Made by a program: the position numbers and the translations under genes
Part shown: piece by piece, positions 13,701 through 27,500 of the stretch
How positions within the stretch are numbered: position 1 is the first letter of the stretch
How the letters are laid out: every line of letters starts with the position of its first letter
Notes under the pieces: generated by a model
What the model was told of the DNA's origin: nothing
What the model saw: only the letters and a program-made list of their open reading frames with translations
Database searches by the model: none
Origin: Bugula neritina
Lineage: Eukaryota > Animalia > Bryozoa
Length of the DNA stretch: 64,000 nt
Direction of reading: 5' to 3'
Assembly: GCA_964035545.1 (NCBI GenBank)
Contig: OZ037768.1
Span: 22,725,319-22,789,318 of the forward strand

Positions 13701-16700
13701 CTGGCAGTGAAATATTCTTGATCTTCTACAACAGAATACAACACAGTTGGTGTTAGAGAAGTTGCCCCCCCCTCATTACACTGTGACATCACATTAGCCT
13801 GTGAGACTGGATATCTTATAAGAGAGGGTTTTGTACATTATGAGGAAGCTGAACTGGATGTGCACTTCAGAAAATAAACTCCATTATACAAGAAGGTGAA
13901 GTGCTTTATGCTACATGTTAGGAAAAACGCTGTCATAGTTGCTGTCTTGCAAAGGAAATCTTACTGACACCAGAGAATATATTCTCAACTACAAGTATAG
14001 AATACCATGACAGTTCGAGTCAGTAGATGTCAAGCTTGCCAATTGCACAAGAAAGAAGACAACACCTTTACAACTTAACTAAGTTCAAAATAACGACATA
14101 TTTCAGAGAAGATAACTCCCCACTGCCTTCAGCTCTACTACACACAAAGTAACTACTGAAGAGTTAAAGGCGACGTACCCAGACTTTCTGTAGACATAGC
14201 CATAGGATTGGCCGTGGCCTTGACCTCAGTAGACTGTGCCTTCTGGGGAGACGACTCACTATCCTTTAGCAGTCCTTTTTGATTAAATCTGTTCTGCAGC
14301 TTCAACAGCTCCGCTTGTCTCTCTTGCTTTGCCTAGCAACACAGGAGAGTAAGACAGCATCTCAACTGTACCCAATTCTCATATCACAAGTAGCTGAAAT
14401 TCTATGGTTGAGTTATTTCAACATTAAACTGGTGGATTACAAGACTGAGGAATGACAACTCCAACTAAAACGTCTCAAACTAAATATAAACTTGAAATTT
14501 GATGAACAACTTTTCAGCAAAACTTCATGTAACCTAATGAATATCTATGTTCATAATTTACTAGCAGGAGAGGATTTATTTAACTAGCAGGGGGCACTCA
14601 CTCTTTCAGCAGGGTCGTACGCCTTCGTCTGCCCTTGTCTAAGCTGGCTCTCTGCCTGCTGCTTCTGACACGGCGTCCCTTCCAGTCTCGTCGCTGACCT
14701 GGTGCGGTACATCACACGGTTGTGTTCCTCCGCCACGGTCTGCTGCTCGGCAATCTTGGCTTCCCAGGCAAACTTCCTGGCGGACATCGGTGCCTGGCAA
14801 TGAGATGCGGAGTAGGAGAGGTGAGTAGTAGAGGTGAGTAGAAGAGGTGAGTAGAAGGAAGTGTGTAATGTTTGAGTAAACCTCAAGTGGTCCTGTGGTG
14901 GACGCGTGGGAGATTTTTCAAACTATTTCACAAGAAGTCTCAGCACATTGTTGACTAAAGAAACTACTACATATCCAGTCAGTTAGGCTGAGAGCATAGG
15001 AATGCCAGACGTGATCGCTATATCAAATGATATGTTGAATTTATATCTAGATGCAGATATCCACAGATATTCATGTTTGATGTAAGTAAAACAGTGAGTG
15101 TATTGTTAGATAAATGCTATTAGGAGCTGGAAATGAAAGATAAATTATAACTAACAATTAGACTGGTGGTTAGTGAGTTAATATTACTGACCAACATGCT
15201 GGCTATTCCATGCATATTACAAGGAAAACCAGGATTAGATTTAAAGGAAACCAACACCTAGATAATAGTAGCTGACACCTGTGCAGTAACAGCTGACACC
15301 TGTGTATATGTGTCAGCGGGTAGGTGAAGGAAGAGCAACAGATGCTGTCGCCAGTCAACTTACCTTCTGGAACGCACAATCCTGACTCTGGAATAGTAAA
15401 CAGAATTTAAAAAAATAATAACATAAGACCTGGCCATCACACAGCAGCGTTACTTCCCATGACATGTATATTGCACACTCTGACCAGTAGAACAGAGCTG
15501 ACAGAGCAAAGAGTGGGAGAGGAGCAGCACCCTACCTTAGACCACTCGTCATCAGTGCTCGTACCCTCCTTCTTAGGGGTAGATTTCTGAGCAGACGCGG
15601 CAGCAGCAGGTCTTGCACTGCTTGAGCGCACGGCTGACCCGGGAGCTCCTCCCTCCTTGTTCCACGGAGCGGTCGCTGTAACAGGAATACAATGTGCCTG
15701 GTTCTTTGACTGGACAAAATTTACTGTAGTTTTGTGAAAAGCAAATTCTATTGATGTGACAGCCAAATGTAGAATGGATGGGCAGCTGGCAAAACTATAA
15801 CTTCAATTCATTTTAACAAACTTTGTAAGCTGGTGAAAACCACACACACAAAAATGTTAGCAACAGAAAACATTAATACAGACTGAAGACATGATGAATA
15901 CAAGTGGGTGGAAGGAAGTAACAAGAAATGGGGCAGGACAAGAGACGTACAGCAGGTGGAGGGAGGGGGACAGAGCAAGAGACGTACAACAGGTGGAGGG
16001 AGGGGGACAGAGCAAGAGGCGTACAACAGGTGGAGAGAGGGGGACAAGGGAGGGGGACAGAGCAAGAGGCGTACCTCCAGTGAACTCTCTCTCAGGAGTG
16101 GCTGTCGTCTCACTTCTGCTCCTCCTCCTGGCTCTACCAGATCTGGTTGCTGCCGGTTGCTGCTGCCGAGGGGTGAACTTAGCTGCCTGCGTCTGCTGGA
16201 ATGTTGGCTTACCTGTCTGTGAGCTCGCTACAAAATCAAGCAGATCCAGGGTTGAATTTAGACTAAAAATACTGGAACATTCTCTACTCTATCAACTCTT
16301 CCTATATATTCCATGCAAATGAGGCAAAATATTAAAAAAAAATTTTCCTAAGTAACATCTGACGTAAAAAAATTAAGAATCAAAAACTCAGAAAACAAAC
16401 CCTGCTGCTGGAAGGAGGCAGCTTTAGACGCTGGTCCAGGAGTACCCTTAGCACCTGGCAGAGGGGCCGCTTGTCTGAGGGGCGTCAGAGCATCACCTGT
16501 CTTCTTCTCCCACATCGTGAACCTGTCGGCCACAGTCTTCTTTGTTGGTTCTTCATCAGAAGAATTCCTAACCTTAGTAGACTCCGTAACAGCTTTGGTT
16601 GCTGGAGTCACAGGCTTCACTTGTCTACAAGAGTTAGAGCAACTCATCTGTAGAAACTGTTTAGTATAGTAATCTGAGACTACAGCACAAGGAGATAATC

Positions 16701-19286
16701 TCACCTCACAGCTGGAGCCGGTCCGGGCGCAGATCCAAAAGAAAAGGCGTCTGCGACATTCCTGTCCGCGAGCTTTCTGTCACTGGGCTGTTTGGTGAAT
16801 CGGGGAGAGCGGCGAGTGGAGAGATTCTCTTCCTCAGCCTGAAATACCCGGCAAAACTAATGAATGCTTAGAGATTTCTCTTTTTATTCACTCACACTTG
16901 AAGTAAGTTAATTGGTTACTTTCTTTCATGTGTTAGCAGTTACATAGACCAGAGCATAGATTAATAAGAAATAACACTGTTTATTCATTACATGGAATAT
17001 AATATAGCATACAAGAACCACAAGACTGTAACCATCACAAGACTGTACCTGGAAGGTTCTGGGTGGCTTAGTAGGTCTGGCAGCAGAGGCAGCATTGTGA
17101 CCTCCACTCTCATCATCTGTTGAGACAGCAGCAACCTCTTTCCTACAGCAAGGAAACCAGATGTAATATTTGAGCAATAGAATAACTATTCCTATAACAC
17201 TTTCCAACCAAATATTTTAATTACTTGTGTTAAATAATTATATTTTACACTTTTAAGTTTCATTAAAAAATATTGTTTACTTGTTGGCAATTGAATGCAT
17301 CTTGACCTTAAAAATAAGCCATCATGGATGCAGATTAAGAAAAATTGTCTTCTGTTAAATCCAAATAAAATTACTAATTGGTAAATTATGTTGATTGAAA
17401 TTAAAGATAGCATCACTATTTCTATTCCCTCTCTGAACTGAGCATCACTCAGTAGACTAGTTAAACAGCTGGTAGCACTGAAGAGAGAGACTAACTTGGC
17501 TGATGGAGGCGCTGACTGCGGATGAGACAGGTCATCCTCCCAGTTGTTGATCTGAGCTGCCAGCTTTTGGAGTCGCCCTTTCCTGGTAGCCGGTACAGGT
17601 GAAGGTAGATTCACGGAGGGACTCACCCTGGGGTGTCTGGCCACTCCAACAGGAACTGTTATCAATACAGACATGCATACTTACTGTGTACTTACAGGTG
17701 TATGTACTTACAGGTAGATATAAGTGTATTTACTTACAATTACATTCAGACAACATATTATAAAGACTGTACATTGCAAACAATATTAAGTGCTTATATA
17801 ATCTTATTATATACATCTTTTTGTTCAAAACTCAAACGGTTTACCGATGAAACTGTCAAGTTTAGAAATGAACAAAATAAAGAACATAAAAGTGAGTTTT
17901 TATGCCATAGCTATATTATATGAGCATTTTATGTGCCGTGCAGTGTACAGTGTCAAATAAGTGAAAATTCAAATCGTTGATTTAAATGCTATAACTTGAA
18001 GTCGAAAAAGCTAAATTTTCATATTTAGTGCGGATTAGTTACAAAAACGTAAAACAACTTCCCTTCTACTAATGTGTTGAAGAAAATTCTTCACCACTCA
18101 GTTACTAGCAGGTTACAAATACCTGCGGTCTCTCAGACATTATCAGGAGTACTACTCAATAGAATAGAAATAGCCAACAAGTTATTATCATGTGTATAAT
18201 GAAATTTATTTAGGTCATGTCTGATGAAAAGAGAAGGATGATTATCAGAAGGAACTAAAAATAAGATAGATAAGAGCTGGAATGGTCAGAAAAACACTGA
18301 TTATCAACTGGACCATTGACCTTGTGAGATAAATATGCTAACCTTGGTTTTCATCACTCGAAGATGCAGTTTTCCAAGATCGTCTTCGTTTTTCCTCTAC
18401 CTTCTCGGAACCAGCTGATAGAAACAGCAAAGTCTCAATCAATGCATAATAAATTAATTGCGCTGAACATAAAAAGTAACAAGCTAACAGCAGATTGGAC
18501 AATAGGATTTTATTGCATAAAAAGGCTCATTAGTTGTCAACTACCTGGAGCCGTCTCCGTCACAGCATTTTGAGTTGTGTCTATTTGAAGAGGCTTTCTC
18601 TTTCGGGTGACTGAAGAGGGTGTAGACTGCAGCTTTTGCTGTAGTTGCTCCCTTCGCTGTCTTGTTTTTTCTAACAACTTCTGCAATAGAGATTTATTTC
18701 AAATTCAGGATAAAATTTAAATTTTCCAGGACACAGTGAATAATAAATCATTTCGTTACAACTTTCAATATTAATACATTTTGATGGGCATCAGTGCCAG
18801 TACTGTAGGCGTAGTCGTAGGTCAAGTTCAAGTTGAGAACTAGAGAAAGAACCATGTTACCTTTGAGAGATTTAACTTTTAAGTCGATAGTTATTCAAAA
18901 TTCTCTGCACTTTGACTTACAGATTAGAAATAGAAGTAGAAGTAGAACACTAACAGTAATAACTTGAAGTAACACTAACATACACTAGTACTCATACTGT
19001 AGTAGTACTACTAGTCAAACTCAATAACATTTACATAATAATAATACTAATTAATATTATAATACACCGATAGTGGCAGTCTGAGTAATAACTAATAAGT
19101 GAACAACTTAAGTAATAACTATTACTATTAGTATAACTATAACTATAAGTATTACTAAAACTAATAACATTAACAATAAGTATAACATTAACTATAACTA
19201 TAACATTACTATAACTAAGTATAAGTAATAACAATGCGAATTACAATATTAATATGATTTAAATTTACCTCAGTAAATGGGTCCAT
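7770..19286 (-). CDS. ANLN: Anillin (cytokinesis scaffold with anillin-homology and PH domains). Main exons: 19269-19286, 18545-18680, 18343-18414, 17496-17655, 17049-17142, 16705-16838, 16401-16624, 16075-16227, 15536-15675, 14602-14793, 14179-14332, 13615-13725, 13055-13208, 12383-12549, 11537-11816, 11027-11174, 10793-10900, 10000-10356, 9797-9869, 9199-9398, 8931-9038, 8215-8387, 7770-7902, plus candidate microexons
   Basis: N-terminus MDPFTE|[14 protein letters not shown]; [18 protein letters not shown]; RLYSVDQYR; QASNALNQC...[15 protein letters not shown]; PH domain [19 protein letters not shown]...YWKYPDDE...CARPNTIEL...[14 protein letters not shown]. Splice phases are consistent; the central low-complexity exons are less certain. 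Confidence 0.93.
8416..8922. repeat. 21-bp minisatellite, about 24 copies, filling anillin intron 8388-8930
   Basis: Unit GCAGGTGATACTGTAAGACTA. Confidence 0.95.
10368..10780. repeat. (AGT)n/(AGC)n microsatellite filling anillin intron 10357-10792
   Basis: Direct inspection. Confidence 0.95.
11930..12185. mobile_element. Probable truncated DNA-transposon end in an anillin intron
   Basis: Begins with TIR-like CAGGGTTGGGGTAATTG followed by many GTAATT/AATTAC subterminal motifs; no matching second end found. Confidence 0.35.
15935..16074. repeat. About 34-bp minisatellite adjoining an anillin donor
   Basis: Unit approximately GGAGGGAGGGGGACAGAGCAAGAGACGTACAACAGGT. Confidence 0.8.
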
Positions 19287-19289
19287 TGT

Positions 19290-19680
19290 GTTGCTAGAAA
19301 CACGCTATATATTCAAGGCTTAATTTTCAAACATTAACCGTTAACATTAGATACTAAACATTTTTGTCCAAAACAATCAAACTGACAGTCTAACGTAGAA
19401 CTTCGAGATCAGCTTTCATTGCTTTTTGAAGAAAGCGCGGTTATAGTCTGTTTTGATTCGTATAAAGCGGTTTGTCGTATTTCGACTAGATATATTGAAC
19501 GTTTGTTTGAGAGCTTCAATATATAACGTCTTCAATAAGGGGCAACAATGAAAAGCACGGAAATATTGCATTTAAACTGTGACGTCTCGTATAAACCACA
19601 TTTGTGAACGACGATTGGCTCCCAATTCTTGAATTTTTGCCAAAGTCCAAAACTAAACCACGCAGGCATATTATATTCTA
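19290..19680. promoter_or_regulatory. Divergent anillin/AOAH promoter region with CDE/CHR-like, Myb-like and CCAAT motifs
   Basis: Locally CpG-richer; TTTGAA-gaaa-GCGCGG 19425-19440; TAACCGTTA 19335-19343; ATTGG about 19614; candidate non-coding AOAH donor about 19888. Confidence 0.5.
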
Positions 19681-21519
19681 GATATGTTATTATGAAAACA
19701 ATTGTAAACAGTTGTTAACGCTTTATCTGTTTGTTTATGTATAAGTAGCCTAAAAATTTCAAGTGTCACCAAAGACAAGGCTGAAGGTAAACCCTGTAAG
19801 TGAATGACTTTATTTGTAGTGAAATACAAACCTAACAGAATATAAAATTCAAAATTTGTTTTCAGAATAATATACAAGCTTATAGTTGGTAAGTTGAAAC
19901 TTAAAGTTAAACTTAATCATAATGTTAATGTTATAGCATTGGCATTGAGTGATTGAGTTTGACTTACTTGGAGTTAGTCAGTAGACGTAGTGAGTAGAAC
20001 TAGGCATAGTTTAACTTTATTTACTAGTTAATAGTTATACTTATAGTAATAGTAGTTAATAGTATTAATAAAGTTTATTCTCACTGACCATCACCATGAT
20101 AGTGACCATGTCAATGTAATTAATAATTGCAAATAATTTAATATGATGATCATGAATAATTCGTAATTCAAATTGGATTCATCATTCAATTTCATGGTTT
20201 AAATTATTAAATAAGTAACAAGAATAAGTATTGGTGTTACTAATAGTTATTGTTATTATAAATACTGTCTGTATAATTTTTAATTTATTTTAATTCTTAA
20301 ATTTTAATTTGTTTTAAACTCGATTTCAAACTGAGTTACTGAATTCAATGGTCATGGACGACTAAAGTCTAGGAGTAAGGTGGAGTGTGAAACTGAATAT
20401 TTATAGTTTTTCTAGTTCTATGAACTAAGTATAAAATTTACTTTAAGGTCAAGTATAAATTAAAATATAATATTATAAATAGGTACAATCTGTTGCTATA
20501 TAATTATTTTTATCACTTATAATACTAATTATCATAATAATGATTGCTTATAAATTATTGGTAGTTGAAGGTTGTGTTATAATGATTCATTCTTACTTTG
20601 ACTTTGGGCAACATTTTGCCAAAATTTTTCGATTTTGGACAGCATTGAGATAAATATGTGATTTACTAGGTATGATTACAATTGTATGTGATTTGCAAAT
20701 AACCATGAGTTACATTAAATTGTTATTGTGGTCATTATTATTAATTATAAAATATAATTATATAGCCAATGTGAAAATAATGACTATTATATTATGATAT
20801 AGCCATTAAACTATATATTTTAGAAACTAAAAAATTAAAAAAGGTATAATTAATGCTATTACAAATTAATTCAATATTTATAATTAAATCACTAATGACT
20901 AATTATCAATTGTATTAAAGTTTTCCGTGATAGATTATTTTGCTATTTGTTGAGTTTCATGATACAGTCACAAATACAGTTTGGGTTTAACAAAGAAAAT
21001 TCTGTAGATTTTTAAAATGTTACAATAACTGTATAATTGACCATTTTCATACTTATTATGTATTTTTTGCTACATTAGTTCGTATATTCTAGAGTTTTAT
21101 TGTATTTTGTGTTAACTTTAATACCAAACATCCTATGGGTTGTTGTGTAACATGTTATCTAATAATTAATAAAATCTTTATAAGATTTTAAAACACGTAG
21201 GGCAAATAGGGTGAGTTATGATTAAAACTAAATTTTCTAAAAGGTCGTGTATTGTATTTACCTTTGTTTAGATTTGTTTAGAATTCTAATGTCAATGGTT
21301 TTCAAGTGGCCTCAACATGGCCAAAGAGCTTCATACTGGTGTTGCGTAATTTGCATCAAATGATTTTTCTGATGTCAATGGCCATAACAGGGTTTAATTC
21401 ACAGCCTCTCTGTGGATTAAACCCTGTTAATTAAACTGAATGAACTGGCTATGAATATAACGATGTCAATCATGTCAATTTTTCGTTACATCTACAGAGT
21501 TTTGCCAGACTAAGTCAGA

Positions 21520-24500
21520 ATGAGGTTTCTGGTAGCCACAGTTCTGGTGGCTGTGATATTCACCCCACCAGCTTCAACTATCATAAACCATAGATTTTAC
21601 AGAGGAATAGATGGTGGATTGGAGTGTGCCGGTAAGTTTTATGTTACATCACAATTATGAGGCATCAAAATTAACTTCGTATTGTTTGTGATGTTATTTA
21701 TATTCAGCGATTCCCTGTTCATTTCTCCTGAAGTTTAAATTACCCCCACATGTTTTATAGTTTGAATATATTTATCATTTATTGTAACTTGAGCAATTTT
21801 TCAAGTAGACAGAGTGTCTCCTAGATTTCCCCTGATGTTTTAAGGTCATAATAAAACTAAAGATTGTTATTTTTGAGTAAATACTATGATGAAAAATTTC
21901 ATGCACAAGTGGTTGAAATATTACTCGTTTAGATGTTTATAATGGAATTTCAATCACTTCTAAAACAGTTTTCATTATAATGAGTAACTTTTTATTAAAT
22001 AGAATGCAGAAAGCCATCTCTATTCTTATATATACTCATTTCTCTACTCAGTGCCTTCCAATTTTGTTGGCTGCTTTTAGTATATGGAATTACAGATAGT
22101 TACAAATAGTCAGGTTACCGAACTTTATTTTCATTTCAAGCGAAGCAGCAATTTTTAGAATTCATCAACTAAAGTTACAACTATTTAGCCACCCCCCCCC
22201 CCACACAACTCCACACTACACCTCCTCTAGATGTTACCCCAACCCCCTATCTACAGTTTATATCTACTCCCTGCTCACTCAGTCAGTGTATGTTTCAGTA
22301 TGTACAGTCCTCATTAGTCTGGTTGATCAGTTGGCAGAAGTTAACAATCAAACTATCATTGAGGCCTTCGACAGCTACTGTCTGATGCTGCCACCGAAGT
22401 TGGGTAACCCTTGTCAGCTGTTTGCGGAGATATTTGGACCTCTTATCATACAGATGTAAGTTATAGGCTGTGTATATGTGCTGCCAGTTGTATATAATAC
22501 TTGCTCCTTACCCTTTTACTCTTTGCACGCTGATATTATTACTGGCTGTTTGTCAAGCTAACATTAGATTTAATTTATCACTGGGCAGATATTTCTCTTC
22601 CTTCTACCAAGTTGATATTTTCTAAAAATTTAGATAATAATTATACTGTGTTATTGCATGAAGTTGTGGAAGAAGCATAATGTAGTTTTGATAAAATGAA
22701 AATTAATAATAAAAGTTTTATTTAAAAAAACATCAACATTAAATGGTAATATAAAATTTTTCTAAAGAGAAATGTTGGAATAATTTCACTCAAACTGTTA
22801 CAGTCAGTATGCTATTTCTAAAAGTTTATACAACAAAACTATTAGCCTGCATAAATCTTTACAAATATTAGTACTAAATTTGTTTTTGTCAAAAAAACTG
22901 TGTTTTAAAGCATCCAACATTAGTTTAATATTGTTTTAAAGGGTTTTTAATTTATACATTCCAGAAATTTAAAAATTACATGATCGGAAATGTTTCGATG
23001 AGTGATAAAACGACTCCAAAATGATTTTAAAGTTGTTTGCCAACAGCTTATCAGTCTTATCAATAGCCATGTCATGTTTGTTTATTTCTTTCTCTTGTGA
23101 GTGTGACAATTGATAACTGTTACATCATCTGAACTTCCCCCTATGTCATTCTGTTTATATCCAAAAAAGCAACCATAAATAAAGGGTTAGATGTAAATCC
23201 GTTGAATTTATTTGTTGGCTTCTATTGAAGCTAGAAGGAACTGTAAACATGCTGCCTATCACATTTATTCCCTTCCCTCTGGCAGCAACTGTAGCACCAT
23301 TAAACTTGTTGTTGATACTTAGTTGTGGAAGAACTACTACTTATTCTAACCAATATGTACATTACAGTTGTAACTATCTCTACAGCCAATAGCCTCTCTT
23401 GTAGCATATTGCTGGGCATAGATACCTTGTAATTCCATTACAAGTACATGTTTGTACTGTTAGGTACAGACTTGGTAATTCTTCTGTATATCAGAGTCAC
23501 GTGTCACTCTACAATGTCACTCCCACAATTTTGGCTTGCTGTTGGCTTTTATTATTCGTATTGCTGTATTATGTTACATGTTTATTGTTGAGGTCGAATA
23601 TTGGGTCACTAGTCATATGATATCTTCCCATGCCAGTTGGTTAGGAATGGTATAAATTAATTGCTATTACATGTATTGCGTAGTGGTGTTGTCACATTAT
23701 TTCACTTCCCTAGTAGTTGAGCAAGTGCTCCATCCTTTGTGACATGGTGTTTCCATGTTTCATGTTTCCACTAAAGGCTGAAACAGTTTATAAAACTTTT
23801 GCCTCCACTGGGATTCGAACCCGAGACCTCCGGCTTGTAAGCAGGCGCGCTTAACCACTACACCACAGGGACTACTGGGTAATCTCAACACTACAAGTAG
23901 TAGCAGAAGTTTAGGCTCCTTCGTAACATGATGTTTCTCTGTTATTCAGGGTGGCTGAAGGTGCTAATGCAGACGACATATGCCGCGGTATCGGCTTGTG
24001 TTACCAACAGCCTGGCCAGAAGATGTGTTCTCTGTATCCAAAGACTTTGAAGGTAGCTACAAGTTCTGTTACTAGAAATTTATAGCTCAACTGGTACATA
24101 TTCTCAATTTTGGAGGCATGTAAGGGACATTGGCAGCCATATTTACATGTTATGATTGGTCATCTGAAATACTTCAGGGGTTGGAGTCTCTTTGGGAGTT
24201 TATAGCCAACTGGTAGCTACTAAACCACCAGGTCAACTCTGTACAATGCAGTATCTAGCTATTTGAGAAAGATGTGAATGTGGGTTTTTAACAGACGCTC
24301 TGGTGAAATGTGGCCATTTGTGTTTTAGATTCAGGGCTTTCTCTTGAAATTATTCTGCTGGGACTTGAACCCACAACTTCTAAAATGAGAAGCATGTACT
24401 CTATCAACTCCGATATACTGGAAGGATAACTCCTGTATTTAGTTATATGATATTATTTTATTGAATGAATTGAATTTCATACTATATGCATTGGATTGGA

Positions 24501-27500
24501 TACACTAGTTTACTGAGAGATAGACTTATAAGCTGTCAACCAAAGTTAAGTAGAATTCCAAGTGGACAACTCAAGTTTCTTGAAGTTGTCTTCACATAGA
24601 CCTTGTAACCATTTTGCCTGTTAACATTACTATCTCCATGTTGCAGTTTGATGAAAAAAGAATTAGTTATCACCAGTACTCTACAAGGAAGCATCTTAAA
24701 AATAATGTGAGTGCAGTTTATAATAGTCATTATCCATTATCATTAACTAATAGTCATTATCAATTATTATTGATTATCCATCATTCATTGTAATTAACTA
24801 ACAGATACTAGCTGTAATGTTGCATCTATTTAGTGGAATGTAAAGCTACCCAATGAGAAGTGGAGTATATGTGATGTGCCTCTACTCAACCTCATCTGTG
24901 TATTATATAAAAAGTAAGCATTTCTCCTTTTATTAAATTTCTATGTAATTCTTAATAACTAAATGTTGGACATTTGTCAATGTTAATCTTAGTTCTATTT
25001 GCTACCATGTATTTGTCTGCATTTTGTCAGTTGATTTATTTTAATTTTTCGAAATGAAGTAACGAAATTTTAATTAATTTAAAAGTTGGGAAGAATTTGT
25101 ATTTGTAGATATAATCTTGTTACGAAATTGGAAAGTTTCATCTTTTTGTGTTGCATTTTTTTTTCATTTTGCGTATTTCTGTTTTTTTTCTGTAAGCAAA
25201 GTCAAATTCCATCAGTTTTTACTATCAAAAATATATTATTGTTATTTTCTCGTATATATTTCAGTGTCTTTGATAATCATGTGCCTTTTGATGACGTGGA
25301 CGGTGATAGACATTCACCTTCTCAAGTGAGTAATTTTATCTGTAGAATGTAATGTAGACAGCCCTTCTGTAGAATGTAGTGTAGAGAACCCTTTTGTAGA
25401 ATGTAGTGTAGAGAACCATTCTGTAGAATATAATGTAGACAGCCCTTCTGTAGAATGTAAGGGAGACAATTTTATATGGTTTTATTATAAAATAATTTAT
25501 TGTGAACACATGCCTTTAGATTACAGAAATATAACTGTAGCATATGCAGTTGTTATTGCCTACTAGTTCATACTAATAGCGGAGTATCCTCAGTGAGTGT
25601 ACATAGACCTTAGGCTATGAAACTGAATCCCTGAAAGTCCTGAGTTTGTGTGTTTATTTCTTTGTAAGTTGAAAATATGTACGTCTTATTTTTTCAGTCT
25701 TTGAGAGGATCTTCATGGCGGGGAAAGGACTGTAATGACGGCAGAGCAGATATTTATCCTGGAAGGAAGTACGTGTTTGCTTACTCAACTACCATATGAA
25801 TATAACCTTAGAATTTAGCCTCATAGTAACTTGTACACCTTGCTTCTTTAGTTCAACAAGAGATTGCTTGTTTTATCTAATAATATTTGGCCTAGGTCTT
25901 TTTTATTAATTTTACTTTGTTGACCTCTACTCTATTGACCTCTACTCTATATTGTCATTTTAGGCCAGAGCTTCTCAAAGACGTCAAATTTGACTCAAAC
26001 TGTAACGGCATCTGGGTGAGTCATATCTTCTGTATATTGTCAGCAGTTGAAAAGACTGATACAATTTAGTAAATGAATATATTTGTAAAAAAGCTTATGA
26101 AATATGTTTAACAATACTTGTTGTGTACAATTAGGACATGTTTACACAATGTTAGTTTTATTTGGTGTATGTGATATATTGCAATAAGATTGATGATATT
26201 TTTCCTAATAATTTTTAGTGAAATAGCATTTATATCTGGAAAATTGATTTTGTTTATGTTTGATATATAAGTAGCAATTTTTGTACGATTGGCAATTGGC
26301 ATTTAGCAATGTTTTGCTTGTTATCAGCAATGTTTTAGACTAACATTTATAGTGCCCACAAATCAGTTGATTCAACAAACTTTCACCCACACGGTTTGTA
26401 ATTAATGTGAACTTCGGAAATTTTATATTCACAGCTGGCAATGTAGTGAATGGTGTATTTACATCTGGCAATGTTTTGCTATTTTTAGGGATTTGACAAT
26501 AAGACGGGAAAATCATACGAGGAACAGTTCTGTGATAACACTGGCCAGAGGGGTGTAGTAGTTATCGGGGATTCTGTGGGGGCTCACTTCCACGCCCCTC
26601 AAGAATGGTTTGATCCTCAACTACTCACTAAGGTTACTATTACTCACTTGGAATAAATGCATTCTCGTCTTTCAATTATAACTAAAGCGCAGCCATTTTA
26701 TGTTCAATTGTGTTTAAAATATATTTTTATTGTTTTTCTCTTAGGAGTTGCCCTTTCTCACATTGATAAAATATTTTGCAAATTAGAAATACAAACTGAC
26801 TCAATTTTTTGTTGATACTTAAGTTTTCTTTTAACCATGACTTAGTTCTAAACTATGAAGTAGCCATTGTATAGCAAACAGTGTTCTTCATAAATGCAAC
26901 GTAATGTTTTGCAGGAATCACTGAAATATTTACCATTTGCGCTAGAGAACGAGTTGGATTGGCCCCAATTGTCTCTGGTCACAGGCTATATGGACAGTGT
27001 GTGGGACGTAGCTAAGGGACCCACCGACTCCATATACAAACGACTTAGAGAGCGCAATCGATGTAACCATAGAAACTACCAAAACACAGCTGTCAATGGT
27101 TTGTGGAACAGAATAATGTGGTTGTTGCTTATAAGATGTGGATGATTGAATCTGAAAAGTGCAGAATGTTACACAGAAATTTTCAAACTGATTGAAACAC
27201 TGTTTTGATATTGTTAGATCATAGGTTTTTGTTTAAGGAAAATTATGATCTACACGAATATCACTATTTACACATGTGCTAACTTGCACACACACATTTT
27301 ATAAAATATATAATTTTATTCATACACTTATATGATTAAATCAGTAAATTTCTTCAGTCATTTCATAAAGGAGGCACTATAGCTGCTGTTCTTATCCATC
27401 TATGCAGGTGACAGCTCCTTTGATGCAATAACTACTGTGGAGGCCCTCAGGCTAAATCCCAAACAAGACTATCCCGTTCTCATTGTTTTAGAGCTTGTTG

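Noticed and set aside
18123-18154. Additional anillin microexon ending in CAG|GT
   Set aside because: The best acceptors give 29 or 32 nt, which break the frame of a phase 1-1 junction.
23800-23872. Functional tRNA-Val(TAC) gene
   Set aside because: Mismatches in three stems and a 6-nt anticodon loop; kept only as tRNA-like.
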